Under the pieces are notes generated by a model. That model did no database searches, was not told the DNA's origin, and saw only the letters and a list, made by a program, of their open reading frames with translations. A stretch of DNA of 63,330 nucleotides, the filler included, from Cercozoa sp. M6MM (Eukaryota > Protista > Endomyxa: Ascetosporea): assembly GCA_040357565.1 (NCBI GenBank). It is 9 parts of 9 records of this genome, joined end to end, with 100 filler letters (N's around TTAATTAATTAA, not from the genome) between each part and the next. Parts side by side here need not be neighbours in the genome. Positions count along the whole stretch, not along the records: positions 15,942 to 32,598 come from JBDODJ010000280.1; positions 32,699 to 36,112 come from JBDODJ010001473.1; positions 36,213 to 39,168 come from JBDODJ010001664.1; positions 39,269 to 44,772 come from JBDODJ010000896.1; 5 more parts are not named here. One strand, 5' to 3'. Position numbers and translations under genes: made by a program. Positions 27,075 through 41,963 of this stretch are shown in pieces. Every line of letters begins with the position of its first letter. Position 1 is the first letter of the stretch.

Positions 27075-27289
27075 ACGTCCTGTCTGCACTGGTCGCATGT
27101 ACCGCTTGTCACTTTTGGAGCAGTGGAGTTGTGTGCGTGTGACCCTCATGGCCGAGTAAGTCGCTGATTCTGGCGCGTCGAGTTTTATGCCTGAGGCACA
27201 AGGAACGCACCGCTCTCACTGCTCTCTTAGTGACTTGTGGTACTTTCCCTGATTCGACCGCTTTACAGTGCTTGCCGGCCGTCCTGACT

Positions 27290-28250
27290 AACCTAACCTT
27301 GCACTAGGCTGAGATTTATTTGTCCGATAAATTTCACCATACCGTCCGACATTATTTTGGAAGTACCCGGCTGCATGATAAGCTATTTATTTCTTACCCC
27401 GGCTGCATTATATACTATTAAACGTCAAAATGATGGCATTTATTTCTTTTGGTCTAAGATACGGGTGGGTATTCAATGCCATCATTTTGACGTCTGCAAT
27501 TCCCAAACCGTCCTCAGTCCTTGGCTGTACAAGCAGTTGATGCTTAGAGCCCATGATCAGCGAATTTCGATGAAACCGATCGATGTCACCGTCGGCCAGC
27601 CGACCTGGATAGATTGTTTCCGTACTGAAGGTTTGCCGCGACTGGCCCATGATGTTGCAGATCAGTGATTTATACAACTTGAATATAAGTACAAGCCTCA
27701 TCACCTATCAAACAACTGCGAGCTGATTCCATTCAACTATCAAACCCACATTTCGCCTTTTACTAGATGTGGCTGTGGCTGGGATCGCTGACGCTCGCTC
27801 CTCCATTGCGAATTTGTGCGGTTCCGTCGGAACTTCCCTTCTTTTTCATTTTCTTAGAACAGTGCAGGCTGTCTTTCTTCCGAGCAGCTGCAAACGTTAG
27901 GCAACAAAATAGTGCGACTTCTGGGTCAGTTGCGCCAATCATTGGCCCCTGTTTTGTCTACGTAAACTACTTCGGCGTGGTGTCGATCATATTCCTGTTG
28001 CACATTAGAGGACGCTTCAGCTCATTGACAGCCCAGCTTGTGCTGGCATCTAAACGTGGGTTGCATACGGTGGCCCATGACACGGCAAACTTAGACAATG
28101 GTGAAATCGCTTGATGTCATATGCTCACGCCGTATCTAGGCATACTCGATCGTGGGCCTCTTGGCTATGATCAAATGTAGTTTCTGTTCTTAATCTTGTA
28201 ACAAAGATTAGCAGTCCTTCGTGACTGTCATTTCTGTTACTCACTGTTTG
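27290..28250 (-). mobile_element. Possible decayed non-LTR (L1/Tx1-like) reverse transcriptase remnant
   Basis: Fragments GLLIFV...FDHSQEAHDRV (cf. D..KAFDRV) and LLVQPRTEDGLGIADVK (cf. P..EGGLG..D) occur in the expected order, broken by stops, in an AT-richer intergenic stretch. Confidence 0.35.
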
Positions 28251-28609
28251 CGGTGATAGTCGGGTGTGTCGATGGCTTGCCACAGCACCCGGCGCGCATG
28301 GCACCTGGCTCACACTGCCCCAGGTCTCGCCGTGTCACTCCCCTTCCTTTTTTGCAACCTTTGGTATCTCGGGCGAGTTGGCACTAATCCTGTCGTTTTT
28401 TTTTTGTATTTTTGCCATCCGCGTGGAAGTGGCCGAAACTGACTTAGGTGTTTTGGAGTTCCGAGAAAAGCACGCGACTGACCTCTACTGAAGTCCTAGC
28501 GACACGCCCGTGCACGTGGGATAAAGGTGGAGACAGGTCGAGAGTCGAGTCAGAGGCCTTCTCGTCGGGGAGATTCGAGCCGTTCAGAGCAGTGAGTGAA
28601 CTGACGACA

Positions 28610-31505
28610 ATGAGAGCTCGTCGACCTGCGCAACTTCGTGCCAAGCACAAGCGTAAGAAAAAGCAGCGCGAAAAGGCAGCGACAAAGATATCATACGAAT
28701 ACGAAGAGCCGATTGAGAAGGAGGTGATTCCAGAAGATCAGATTCAGCTGTCGGAAAAGCAGCTCGAGGAAGAGTTCACGCGCGTACTTACTGGTGTCGA
28801 CCCTGAGGCTCCAACTTCTGCCGTGCAATGGTCACGCCGAAAACTCGAGTTTACTCCCGTGCCGACGTCCGAACACACTGCCATGCACTTTTCACTCACT
28901 TCGCACGACATGAACAAAGAGGAGTATTCGCTGTTGCGGTCTGAACGATTCGCGCGTTCGAAAACAGAAAAGACTGTGACAGAAGAGCACGAAGCTGAAG
29001 AAGTTCAACAGGAAGAACATGAGGAAGAAAAGACGTCGAAGCATGAAGAAAAGGAGGAAGAACCCTCAGAAGTAATCACAACCCAGAACTGTGGATTTAG
29101 GCTTACTGCAGCTGGTATTCAATGCAACGTGAGGTATGTATGAGCAGGAACACGAAAGTAAAGAAGACGAAGATGTTGTTGCGGAGGAAACGGAAGAAGA
29201 AGTTGAAAGCGAGAATGAGCTGCCCGAAGAAGAGCGACTGATACTCAATCAGTTTAACTTTCAGGATCGTGGCATGCAAACGTGCTTCCCACTCACACTG
29301 GACCGCGCTGAGCAGACAGAGCCACCACCAACTGATGCTTTCAGCGACACAGTGTCCAAATGGTCGATGTACGACTTCTACATCACCGAACTGGTTCGTC
29401 TGCGAGCAGAGCGGCAACGCGAGAAGGACGAACAGGAAGGTGCCGGTGCGTTCAAGAAAAAGGATATAGTGCTAATTCACAAACCTGGCAGCAACAAGGA
29501 CGAAAGTGACCTTGCGAAGCGCGACTTTACGCCAATGAACGAAATCAATCGCCTGGTGCAATCCAATGAAATGCGCAAGTCAGTGGGCCTCATGGAACGC
29601 GTGCTCAACTTCCGCGTTCAAAATACGACTTACAAAGATTTCAAATACTTTGACCAGCCTGAAGAAGACGCACGGCATGGTTTCCTGTTGCCTCTGTGGC
29701 AGCTGCCGTTTGGCCCGGCAAAAAAGCGTTGCGTTACGTCGATGCACTGGAACCCGCGGTACCACGATCTGGTGGCGATTGGGTACGGAAGTTTCGAGTT
29801 CCAGGCCGTTCGTTCCGTTAAAAAAGTCGAGCAGCAAGGCGGTCTCGTGTGCATTTTCTCTCTCAAGAAAACAAACTACCCAGAGCTCGTGATCTCTACG
29901 CCGTCACCAGTGACATCGGTGCGGTATCATTCTGCTCACCCGCAGTTGCTCGCAGTTGGCATGGCCGATGGCAGCGTCGCCGTGTACGACACAGCACGAG
30001 GTGACAACGCGACCTGTAGTGAGGCGATTTATGCCACCGTGAACAACACCGAGCGTCACCGTGAACCTGTGTGGCAAGTTTGGTGGAAGACACAGAGTAC
30101 CGCGCGTGACAGGTCTCGCAACCACTTTCCAAACTGCCAGTTTTCTCGATTGCGGTGGTCACATTCATTTGCGTAGTCAAGCTGCTCCGACACCCCAGAC
30201 TTTGTTGAGTTTCTTCTCGGTGTCGAGCGACGGAACCTGCTGCGAGTGGATGATGGCACAAAACGAGCTGTTGCGCAAGCCTTTGCTGCACTTCCGTTTG
30301 GACCGAATGTTGCTGCAGCGACTCAATGCAAGTGCTGCCCGTGAAGATGACGACAGAGTCAAGGTACTGCAATCGTAGCTCGAGTGACATACATGCTTAG
30401 AATCTTTAGGGCGAAACGAGCGAAACCGAATCGACCGATTCGGTTGAGAAGCAGGACAGCAGAAGCGGCAGCGGTAACGCAGCAATTCTGCCCAGCGACG
30501 AGCAGTTGCCGCCCGCCGGCGCGATGTGCATGGCGTTTTCTCCGCACGCCAACCAAGAACATATCTTCCTGGTGGGCACACAGGAAGGCTTTGTGCACCG
30601 GTGCTCACTCGCAAGCAAGGAGCGATACCTGCAGACCTTCATTGGTCACGAGACGTGTGTGCACCGTGTCGCGTGGAACCCGTTCGACGAGCGCGTGTTT
30701 GCCTCTGTTTCTGCTGACTGGACGCTGAAGGTCTGGAGTCGCAGCTTCGAAGGCCACGTGGTCGAAGGCGGTCGAGCTGTCCAGCGATTGGTGAACACGT
30801 CGACGCCCTTTGATGCGATTGTTCGCGAGGTATCTACTTTACAACACTACCGTCGGTATCTCTCATTTGATGCTGCTCAGCGTGCCGAGACAGGCGGCGT
30901 TCTGGACGAGCAAGCCGTCTCAGGCCACTTGACCAAGCCGCTGCTGTCTTTCGACCTGCGATCACCTGTCTCTGACGTGGCGTGGGCTCCCTACTCGTCT
31001 ACAGTGCTGGCAGTCACAACGTACGACGGACGCGTGCTCGTGTTTGATCTGTCTGTGGACAGGCAGAATCCGCTGTGCCAGCAGAAGATTGTGAAGAAGG
31101 GACAGCTCACGCAGCTGAGCTTCAACGCACGCGAGCCGGTACTCGTGGTCGGCGACAATCGCGGCAACGTCATGTGTCTCAAGCTGTCGCAGAATCTGTG
31201 TCACTTACAGAAGGTCGGTATCGGTCTCAATTTAAAGCAACTCGAGACCGACGCGGAGAAGACCCGCATCGGCCAAGTTGTCGACAAGGCAGCTGCCAAA
31301 AAGGTTCGCTCCTTCCGTAGACCCGAAAACAAGATCATTCTTGTCTAGTTTTGTCGATTTTGTTCCATCAATTTTGTCTGCTAAAGCGGGAATACCACCC
31401 CACCTGCCGCGTACCTCATGCCACGCAAGACAAAAATTACAGGATTTTTTTAACCCGGTTAAAAAACTCGAGTGTTTAACCCGGAAACTACTGGACTGTC
31501 TGTGA
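28610..31505 (+). CDS. DNAI1: Axonemal outer-arm dynein intermediate chain 1 (IC78-like), WD40
   Basis: LEEEFTRVLT...P, LNQFNFQDRGMQT, QTEPPP, LLPLWQ, VTSMHWNPRYHDLVAIGYGS, FSLK..YPE, HREPVWQV, SVSADWTLKVW, VSDVAWAPYSSTV. The last exon (DFFNPVKKLECLTRKLLDCL*) is inferred. Confidence 0.92.
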
Positions 31506-31522
31506 GGAGTAGTGATCACACA

Positions 31523-32227
31523 ATGTCGAGTATCAAAGGAATAGATGTTGTGCTGCGTGCGAGCGATGGGTGTTCCATTCGGTAAACTAAACTGAAACTG
31601 AAACCGACTGATTGTTTTTCAGTTCGGGCCGCTCAGTCCAAATGTCGGTTTGTTCTCTGGCAATTTGTTTGTTTTTGCAGAGTTCCAAGTCTGTTCCAGC
31701 CGGAAATATTGACGCGTACTGGTAGCTATTCACACAGACGAATGCATTTTACTGACCGTCGAGGTGTCGAAGAGTCAAACTTGCGTACTCACTGACATAA
31801 ACTGACTTTGCAGAATGGCGAAGCAGCTTGTTCGGTCTGATGTGGAACTCTGATCAAACACTTGAAGTTATGGTACTACTAAACTGACTACATGTACGTA
31901 GCACCGTGTGCAGTATCAATTCATGTTCCGCTTTACTGCCGCACTTTTAGTAAGTTAAACATAAATCTGCCTGTAAAATTGAAACAGGAAGTGCCGAAAC
32001 GAGCCCCGATGCCTGTTCTGGCAGCATTCGTTGCGAGCGTACGTCGCTTCGTAAGCAACGTGGCAGAACGCCACAACGTTGACGCAAACGACAACTTCGG
32101 TACCGATGTTGGCACGGCAGAGCCCGAGACTGAGGTCAAGGAAAGCGCAACTGCGAACACTCATGATGAACAGGAACTTTTAAAACCACTTGAATTGGTA
32201 CATAGGCTACGGTCCAGTGCATCCTGA
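31523..32227 (+). CDS. Hypothetical small multi-exon protein
   Basis: MSSIKGIDVVLRASDGCSIR| followed by short GT-AG-bounded exons and a terminal ORF to 32227. Confidence 0.35.
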
Positions 32228-32566
32228 AAGTTGTATAATGGAAACTTAATTCGTCGCTTCTTGTACGTAGGTGCTACCGCAAGAGTGTATCGGCAGCGCT
32301 TCGGTCGCATCGTGGCTGGAATATGTGCTGTAAATTTCTGTTTGTCATTTTCAAAGTTTGCTTGACGTTCCTGTAATCTAGCTGCGGTTGTATGCCAGTT
32401 CGACTGCTGCAAGCACATTCTATGTCATTGTATCTTATCATTTAGTCGTCACGAGGACTATTTTCGTTGCGTTATTATCTTGTATATGAGAAGGCACAAC
32501 ACGTGTGCTCAAGTGCGCCAACTTACGAACACACTCAACAACCAGCAGGTAACACACACACACACA

Positions 32567-32598
<32 letters not shown>

Positions 32599-32698
32599 NN
32601 NNNNNNNNNNNNNNNNNNNNNNNNNNNNNNNNNNNNNNNNNNTTAATTAATTAANNNNNNNNNNNNNNNNNNNNNNNNNNNNNNNNNNNNNNNNNNNN

Positions 32699-32746
<48 letters not shown>

Positions 32747-32939
32747 CTATCGTATTTGTTCGTTGTGAGCAGGGCTCGCAACACTACGTACTATCACACA
32801 CCTTCCGCACTGTGCACTCCAACATGAACTCTTCCTGAGTCCGTCGGCGACTGGAACGATCAAATCGTAGTCGAATATCCGATCGTACAGCATAACGTCA
32901 CGTAAACTATTAGCGAGCCGAATACCGTAATTGGTTAGT

Positions 32940-33150
32940 TCAGTCTACTAAGAACCCAACTAAGCTATATCACTCAGCAAGAATCACAGGTCCTCGGGGA
33001 CTTCGAAAGTGAGTTGGTTGGCCCAAACCTGGTTGGTGAGTTTAGTCTTCCAAGAACAAGAATCGACAGCGACGATCGGCACGTCATGGTTGCTACAGGT
33101 TGGCCCACCCTAAGCGGGCGGTGGATTACAGCCATGCAATGACCCACTGG
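32940..33150 (+). mobile_element. Degenerate dispersed repeat, copy C
   Basis: tcgacagcgacgatcggcacgtcatggttgctacagg...accctaagcgggcggtgga...ccatgc matches 21212-21337. Confidence 0.55.
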
Positions 33151-33285
33151 TACAGGCAACTGCATACGATAGTTGGTTTCTGATGGACTGAACAAACTAC
33201 GCAAACTAGTGTGCGTTTTGCATTGAAAGCCGAGTACAGTAAAACTGAAACGAAACTACCGTACCCACCGCACTACGCTAGGTAG

Positions 33286-34216
33286 CTAACTGAGCAGGGC
33301 GGTCTGCATCTCGAGTGCGCGGGTACGAGCAGCAGCCAGCAGCACCTTGAGTACGTCGGAACCGAGGGCGGCACCGCCAGGCTTCCACATTTCGACCAGC
33401 TGCAGATCACCATCGTCGTTGTTGTTAGCTTCTTCACTATCGTCCTGACACTTGTCGTCGCTCTCACCTGCCAGTGCACCGGGCGGCGCGGCAAACACCA
33501 CGTGCACCTGCGCGTCCGCGTTGTCTTCTTCCACGACACTCGAGTCGAGGAGTGCCTTGGGTGCACCCTGTCCACACACATGCAGGTCAGTTGAGCCCAA
33601 ACGCAAGGGGGAACAAGAAGAACAAAACTACGTCGATGTTCACAAGCGCAAATGAGACCGGCAGCAGCGCCTTGCGCAGGCGCAACTGGCGCCGTTGTTG
33701 GCGCGGCACCTACAACACACTGATCCTGGCACCGACACACACACAGACACAGACACACAGACACACGACAGACACATAGGAGGGGGGTCAAAAGTACCGC
33801 GCTAGCGACACGAACTTCCTCGTCGACGACAGTGTGCGGTAGTCTCACTACAGCACGCCAAATATCGTAGGCACAAGGCAGATCAAGGTACTGCGCGGTT
33901 CTACCATTGTGCAAAGCGGCCGTGATTGCCAGCAAGGCGCAGTCAAACACATTGCCTGCGTATTCGAGGCACACCTAAGCAGACACTTCGAGAACAACAC
34001 ACACACACACACACACACGCACACATCGGAACATGCGTAGTCTACCAGATCGACGTAAAGACACCACGCGTATCTGTTCTCGGTGATGCACAACTCGTCT
34101 AGGTCTACACACAGCATTAATCAAGCGCCCTACAAAAAGAAATACAACAACTAACCCAGCGCGCCAGAGTCGATGAGAAGCGCACGCAGCCGCTGCGACA
34201 GCGCGAGCTCGCTGGT

Positions 34217-34284
<68 letters not shown>

Positions 34285-34803
34285 ACAGCACATACACACC
34301 CAACCACATGTGCCAATTCGACGCACGTTGAGGTCGCCTTTTGCCAAGCAAACTCTCGGGCACACACCGGCGTCAGTCGCACGTTCACTACAAAAGTCCA
34401 CAAACACACACGCTCGAGCAGAAACGCTCATTGCCACAATCACACGTACCCTCCAGACGGCCCTGTCGCGGGTGCACGGCCGAGGGAGTGCACACTTCGC
34501 ACTTGATACCGCACAGCAACTTTGTACGACCTATTGGTAACAGACAAACATCCAGAACCCTAGCCATGGCCGTTGTAGGCGATGTACCCATGGCAGCGAG
34601 TGCTGAACCGGCACAGTTCGACAACGTGCCTGTGCGCACTTCCACCTAAGCGTACGCATGTGTCCATAACACAGAAATACGGAATTGGTGAAACGTAGAA
34701 CCTGACGTGCGGCGCGCAATGAGCGCCCGTCTGGACGAGTTTGCTGCTGCAGGAAGCGTCGAAAGTACTCGCGCGGGTGCACCTTCACGAATGCATTGTC
34801 CAT
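33286..34803 (-). CDS. RRP43: RNA exosome RNase PH-like subunit Rrp43 (EXOSC8)
   Basis: FVKVHPREYFRRFLQQQTRPDGR, GTLSNCAGSALAAMG, DLDELCITENRYAWCLYVDL|VCLEYAGNVFDCALLAITAALHN|VRLP, KPGG. Confidence 0.88.
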
Positions 34804-35103
34804 CCTATTTGCTCACAACAGCTTTTTGATCTTCGCGCCTTTCCAGCGACGCAGCCGATAGCACAAAACGTACACACACACTCGGGCTGCCTCATCTACG
34901 AAACGCATCGCCAGCCGGAGCGCCGGCAAAGAAAAAGAGATGACTGTTGGTGGGTTCTGAGATCATTTGACAGTGCCAGGAAGGTGTGACACGCAATTTA
35001 GCGTGTTGCTGCTCAAATTGGCAATTGAACAGGCTCATTGACGTCAGAGAAATTTTGCATTTGGCATTTCGGCACAGGAGTGAAACTGAAGTAGTCTACA
35101 AAA

Positions 35104-35496
35104 ATGCCGCACTGGTGTCTGCTGTTGCTGGTGTTTTTGCTGGTGCCAGAAACCTCTTTTGCGCAGGAAACCAGTGACCTGTATGTTTTGTTGTTTCCTC
35201 CCCTTTTCGTTTAGAGCTGGAATGCTCATTCACTCGTGACATGCTGCAGATACGCTGTTTTGGGTCTCAAACGAGGGGTCAAAGATCGCGAACTGAAGAG
35301 TGTTTTCCGCAAACTGTCGCGCAAGTATCACCCTGTACAGTTTTCTCAATATCGCAGCATTGCTGGCTCCCCTTGCTGTCGGCATAACGAAAGAAATGGT
35401 GTGCGAAACAGGACTTAAACAAGGACGAGGACGCGAAGGACAAGTTCGTGCAGCTGCAGCGTGCCTACGAAGTGCTCGGCGACAAGTGACACCTTT

Positions 35497-35551
<55 letters not shown>

Positions 35552-36084
35552 ATTGTTGAGTTGATACTCAATAACTTTGGCTGTTCCTTGTGTGCAGGAA
35601 GAAGCGACGCATCTACGATCAGTTCGGTCTGGAAGCAGTCGAAAAGGTTGAACAGGTGCGAAGTGTATCCCCAGGTGTCGGCAGGCGTGTTGCTTCAGTT
35701 CTATCGCTCGCTATGCTCTGTTTGCTGGTCAGGGCAAGCAAGCTGGCGCCGGCGGCAGTTTGCATGACGTGTTCGCGTCGTTTTTCGGTGGAGGTTTTAT
35801 GTTAGATACAGACCCTCGACGCATATGTAACTTCTCGTTTGTACAGGTGGTCCAAGTACCGGTCAGTTCGACAAGCGGGGTCCAGGTACTGGAGACTGAC
35901 TGTCACACTTTGCCTTTTGTTGAGTAAGAGTGCCGCACTGCAGACACGCACTTGGTGTGGCATGTTACGTTGGAGGATCTGGTACAATTTCTGTTGTGCC
36001 AACTTTCTGTGTCTCACTCCTGAACCTCGAGTTGGGTAGTACAATGGCCGTGAAGTCGAGCTTCGCACTCGCAAGCGCGATGTG
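35104..36084 (+). CDS. ER-lumenal DnaJ (ERdj3/DNAJB11-like), 5' part
   Basis: Signal peptide MPHWCLLLLVFLLVPETSFA; J-domain LYAVLGL...FRKLSRKYHP|DLNK...AYEVLGD...RRIYDQFG; G/F region; TLEDL|YNG. Confidence 0.88.
35498..35549. repeat. Intronic (TTG)n microsatellite
   Basis: About 17 units inside a DnaJ intron. Confidence 0.95.
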
Positions 36085-36221
36085 GTACTGTTTGACACAC
36101 ACACACACACACNNNNNNNNNNNNNNNNNNNNNNNNNNNNNNNNNNNNNNNNNNNNTTAATTAATTAANNNNNNNNNNNNNNNNNNNNNNNNNNNNNNNN
36201 NNNNNNNNNNNNTGTGTGTGT

Positions 36222-36283
<62 letters not shown>

Positions 36284-36286
36284 TAC

Positions 36287-39017
<2,731 letters not shown>

Positions 39018-39054
39018 CTACCGGGGTGGGGGGAGGTAAAGATGCAGTGAGTGA

Positions 39055-39105
<51 letters not shown>

Positions 39106-39115
39106 NNNNNNNNNN

Positions 39116-39168
<53 letters not shown>

Positions 39169-39268
39169 NNNNNNNNNNNNNNNNNNNNNNNNNNNNNNNN
39201 NNNNNNNNNNNNTTAATTAATTAANNNNNNNNNNNNNNNNNNNNNNNNNNNNNNNNNNNNNNNNNNNN

Positions 39269-39299
<31 letters not shown>

Positions 39300-39308
<9 letters not shown>

Positions 39309-41800
39309 AAATAGCACAATTACCGCAGTGTGCACTGAGTTAGCTCCGCACATCGCCGTTCTGGACACATCGCTCGCCTGCCAGTAGTTCTCTGCACCTC
39401 CGTACCTACCAGCATGCTTATTTGGAACAAAAACACAAAGACGTTTGAGAGTTTTACCAGCGCGCACGCGAAAAGCGCGCTAGTCCACGATTTGAGCCAT
39501 CGGAATTGGTCACCATCCGCTGCCACACTACACAAACTAAAGTTTGGAGAAGTTAATCGCGCTGAGTGCGAGCACTAGAATCTATTGGCAACTCAGCATC
39601 TCTGGGAAAGCAAAGGGGATGCTACTGGCATCGATTGAACGGTACTGCTTGCCGGTATTGTCTTTCCACGAAAACAAAACAAAAATGACACAAATTATAT
39701 GATCAAATCTGGTCATACCTACTCCAAACCCCGACATATTTCCAAGCTCCTGTACATCAAACTGCGCAGCGCGGCCTTGTTTCACGTTTTTAGAAACTTT
39801 TTTGAACGCAGTGAAAAAAAAAAGACCGGTGTTCGAATCGATTGCGGTCAAATTGTTTTGTTTGCAATTGTACTCAAAAAAAAAAAAAAAACAGTGAGTC
39901 TCGGCCAGCAGCGAAGTGATTGGGAACACGAACAGGTCGGTATCGAGGACGATCGAGCTACTAAACGCGTGATGTTGCTTCACGCAGCGCCTGCAGCAGC
40001 AGCGACTTTTCGTGCGGTGTGTTGCTGCGCAGCTGGAACGCCTTCGTGTTGGCGTGCTTCACTGGCACGAGCTCCACAACGTACATTTGTGGCGAGTCCT
40101 CTCTGTGTCATGTAAGGAATTCGCTTTGTAACGCACACAGTCAGAAAACAAGTATCATTACGGGTTGGTTGGCAGATCGTTGATTTGCATGCCCATAAGC
40201 GGGACCGAGATTTTCTGTACGAACTTGTGGCCGCTTGAGCCGGGCTTTCCTCCTACACCCAAAGTCAGTGCTCGCTTGCAACACGAAATCTACATGGAAG
40301 AGAGGTACTGAATGTCGGCAGAGTAGCGACGAGAACCATATCGTTGAACAGCAAGAGAACGGATCTCTTATCCTTCAGGGTAACGATAAAGTGCCGCCTA
40401 AACACCCGCTGGCCCGATACCGTCAACTGCAAGTCTACAAACAAAGGCACATTCTTTGCCACTAAACAGACAATACAAGGTCAAAGGAACCGCTCTTGAA
40501 GACGCCCTGATTGAGGAACTCAAGAAAAGCACGCGCCGACGAAGAAAAATCGGCACCACAAAAGACGCGAGCTACTGGAGGGAGTAGCATCACCTGCGAG
40601 GCAAACGTGCACATACACTGCGCACAATCCTTTCCCTCACTGTAGGCTCGCAGCCAGAGTCGCAGCCAGAGTACCTGTCCTGCAATACTATCGGCAACGC
40701 TGCGACTCCATGCCGCTGCCTGTGCACGCAGAACTTTTGGATATGTCAATGACAAGATCAATCGAATCTAAACACCTTGTTGAAACAATCGTAAGCCGAA
40801 GACTGGTTGCCAAACACGTGTGCACACTCATCAGCGCAAGCCTGCGCAAACCTTTCGGATTTCCCCAACACCTTCATTGCGATCACTTATCAACTGGACC
40901 AACCTGTAGAGCGCTGGCGAATTGTGGCGCGTGGCACACAGCATCGCATAGCAGATCCACCACGGTGCGGCGTGCCAGCCACTCGTTTTCCGCAAGGAAC
41001 TGGGCAAACCCTTTATTGGAGTTTCTGAGCCTTTCGACGGAAGCGAGGTTGTCTGCAAGTTTCGTGGTAACTAATCAAAGAAGAGGGAGAAAGAAAGAGG
41101 ACCAGCGAAACATTGTGCCTGTCTTGATGACTCCTGGAATACTAGATACGAAAACCCAGGGCGCTAAAGAAATACAGCAATATTTGACGGATGCAGAGAA
41201 CTCACCGTCGCTCGCCAAGTTGCTGCCACACACACGCGCCAACGCTTCTGCTCGTTGTTCCTCAGACTACACGAAAAATTCACGCAGATACGAGAATGGC
41301 TCACACTGCCCACAGAGGGAGGTCGTACATATTCCCCGAAGAGCGCGCGCCCGATGGCTTCAGAAAACGCTTGCTGTGTGGTCGCCAAAGAGCGTACGTG
41401 GCCAAAGCACGCCTCAATATCGTCAGTCTACAATCACGTGACACTCCAACACGCAATCTCCGCGTTTAACAACCCAAAGACACCTGTGTGAGGGGAGGTT
41501 TGCCAACACCGCCAGCTTGGAGAGCTGTCAGCCGAGCCAAGAACAGGGTGTTCAGATCGTCCATTCGCGTGCTATTGCAACAAAAGAAGTGAAGGCCACC
41601 TTGTACATGTATAAGCGTATGCGTAACGTACTGCAGCTCATGTTCAAGCTCGTACAAGGCCATCTGAAAGCAAGCTCCTGTGATGCTGACACCAAGAACG
41701 GACAGATGATCAAACAACAGAACATACGCAGGCACCGACGTTCATGGTGCTCCAGAGAAATACACACTGCCAAAGTCAGTCAAACAGCTACTGGCAACGA
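39300..41800 (-). CDS. Hypothetical multi-exon protein, possibly a divergent DH-PH RhoGEF; boundaries approximate
   Basis: ALYELEHELQYV (cf. ELxxTExxYV), DDLNTLFLARL, FGEY and later RSVLLLFNDM (cf. PH-domain LFND). Similarity is weak. Confidence 0.3.
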
Positions 41801-41963
41801 GGTCGTTTTCTTCGTGCTTCAGTCAAGATTTTTTAAAAATTATTTTGGTCATCACCTCCACACCCCACTGGCGGTCTAGTGCGCTCTGGGTGTATCCACG
41901 GGTCATCTATCGCGGTGCTACGGAAATTTGGCGCACAGACAGCTCGATTGAAGAGATATATCA

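Noticed and set aside
31446-31466. Perfect palindrome TTTTTTAACC-C-GGTTAAAAAA as a terminator or operator
   Set aside because: It probably lies in the last DNAI1 exon (FFNPVKK) and is low complexity; the similar word at 55032-55049 is too short to support a motif.
15996-34803. RNA-surveillance cluster (DDX60 plus RRP43)
   Set aside because: They are separated by the linker at 32599-32698, so adjacency is unsupported.
35230-35571. Poly-Q ORF on the minus strand
   Set aside because: It is the antisense reading of the (TTG)n tract in a DnaJ intron.
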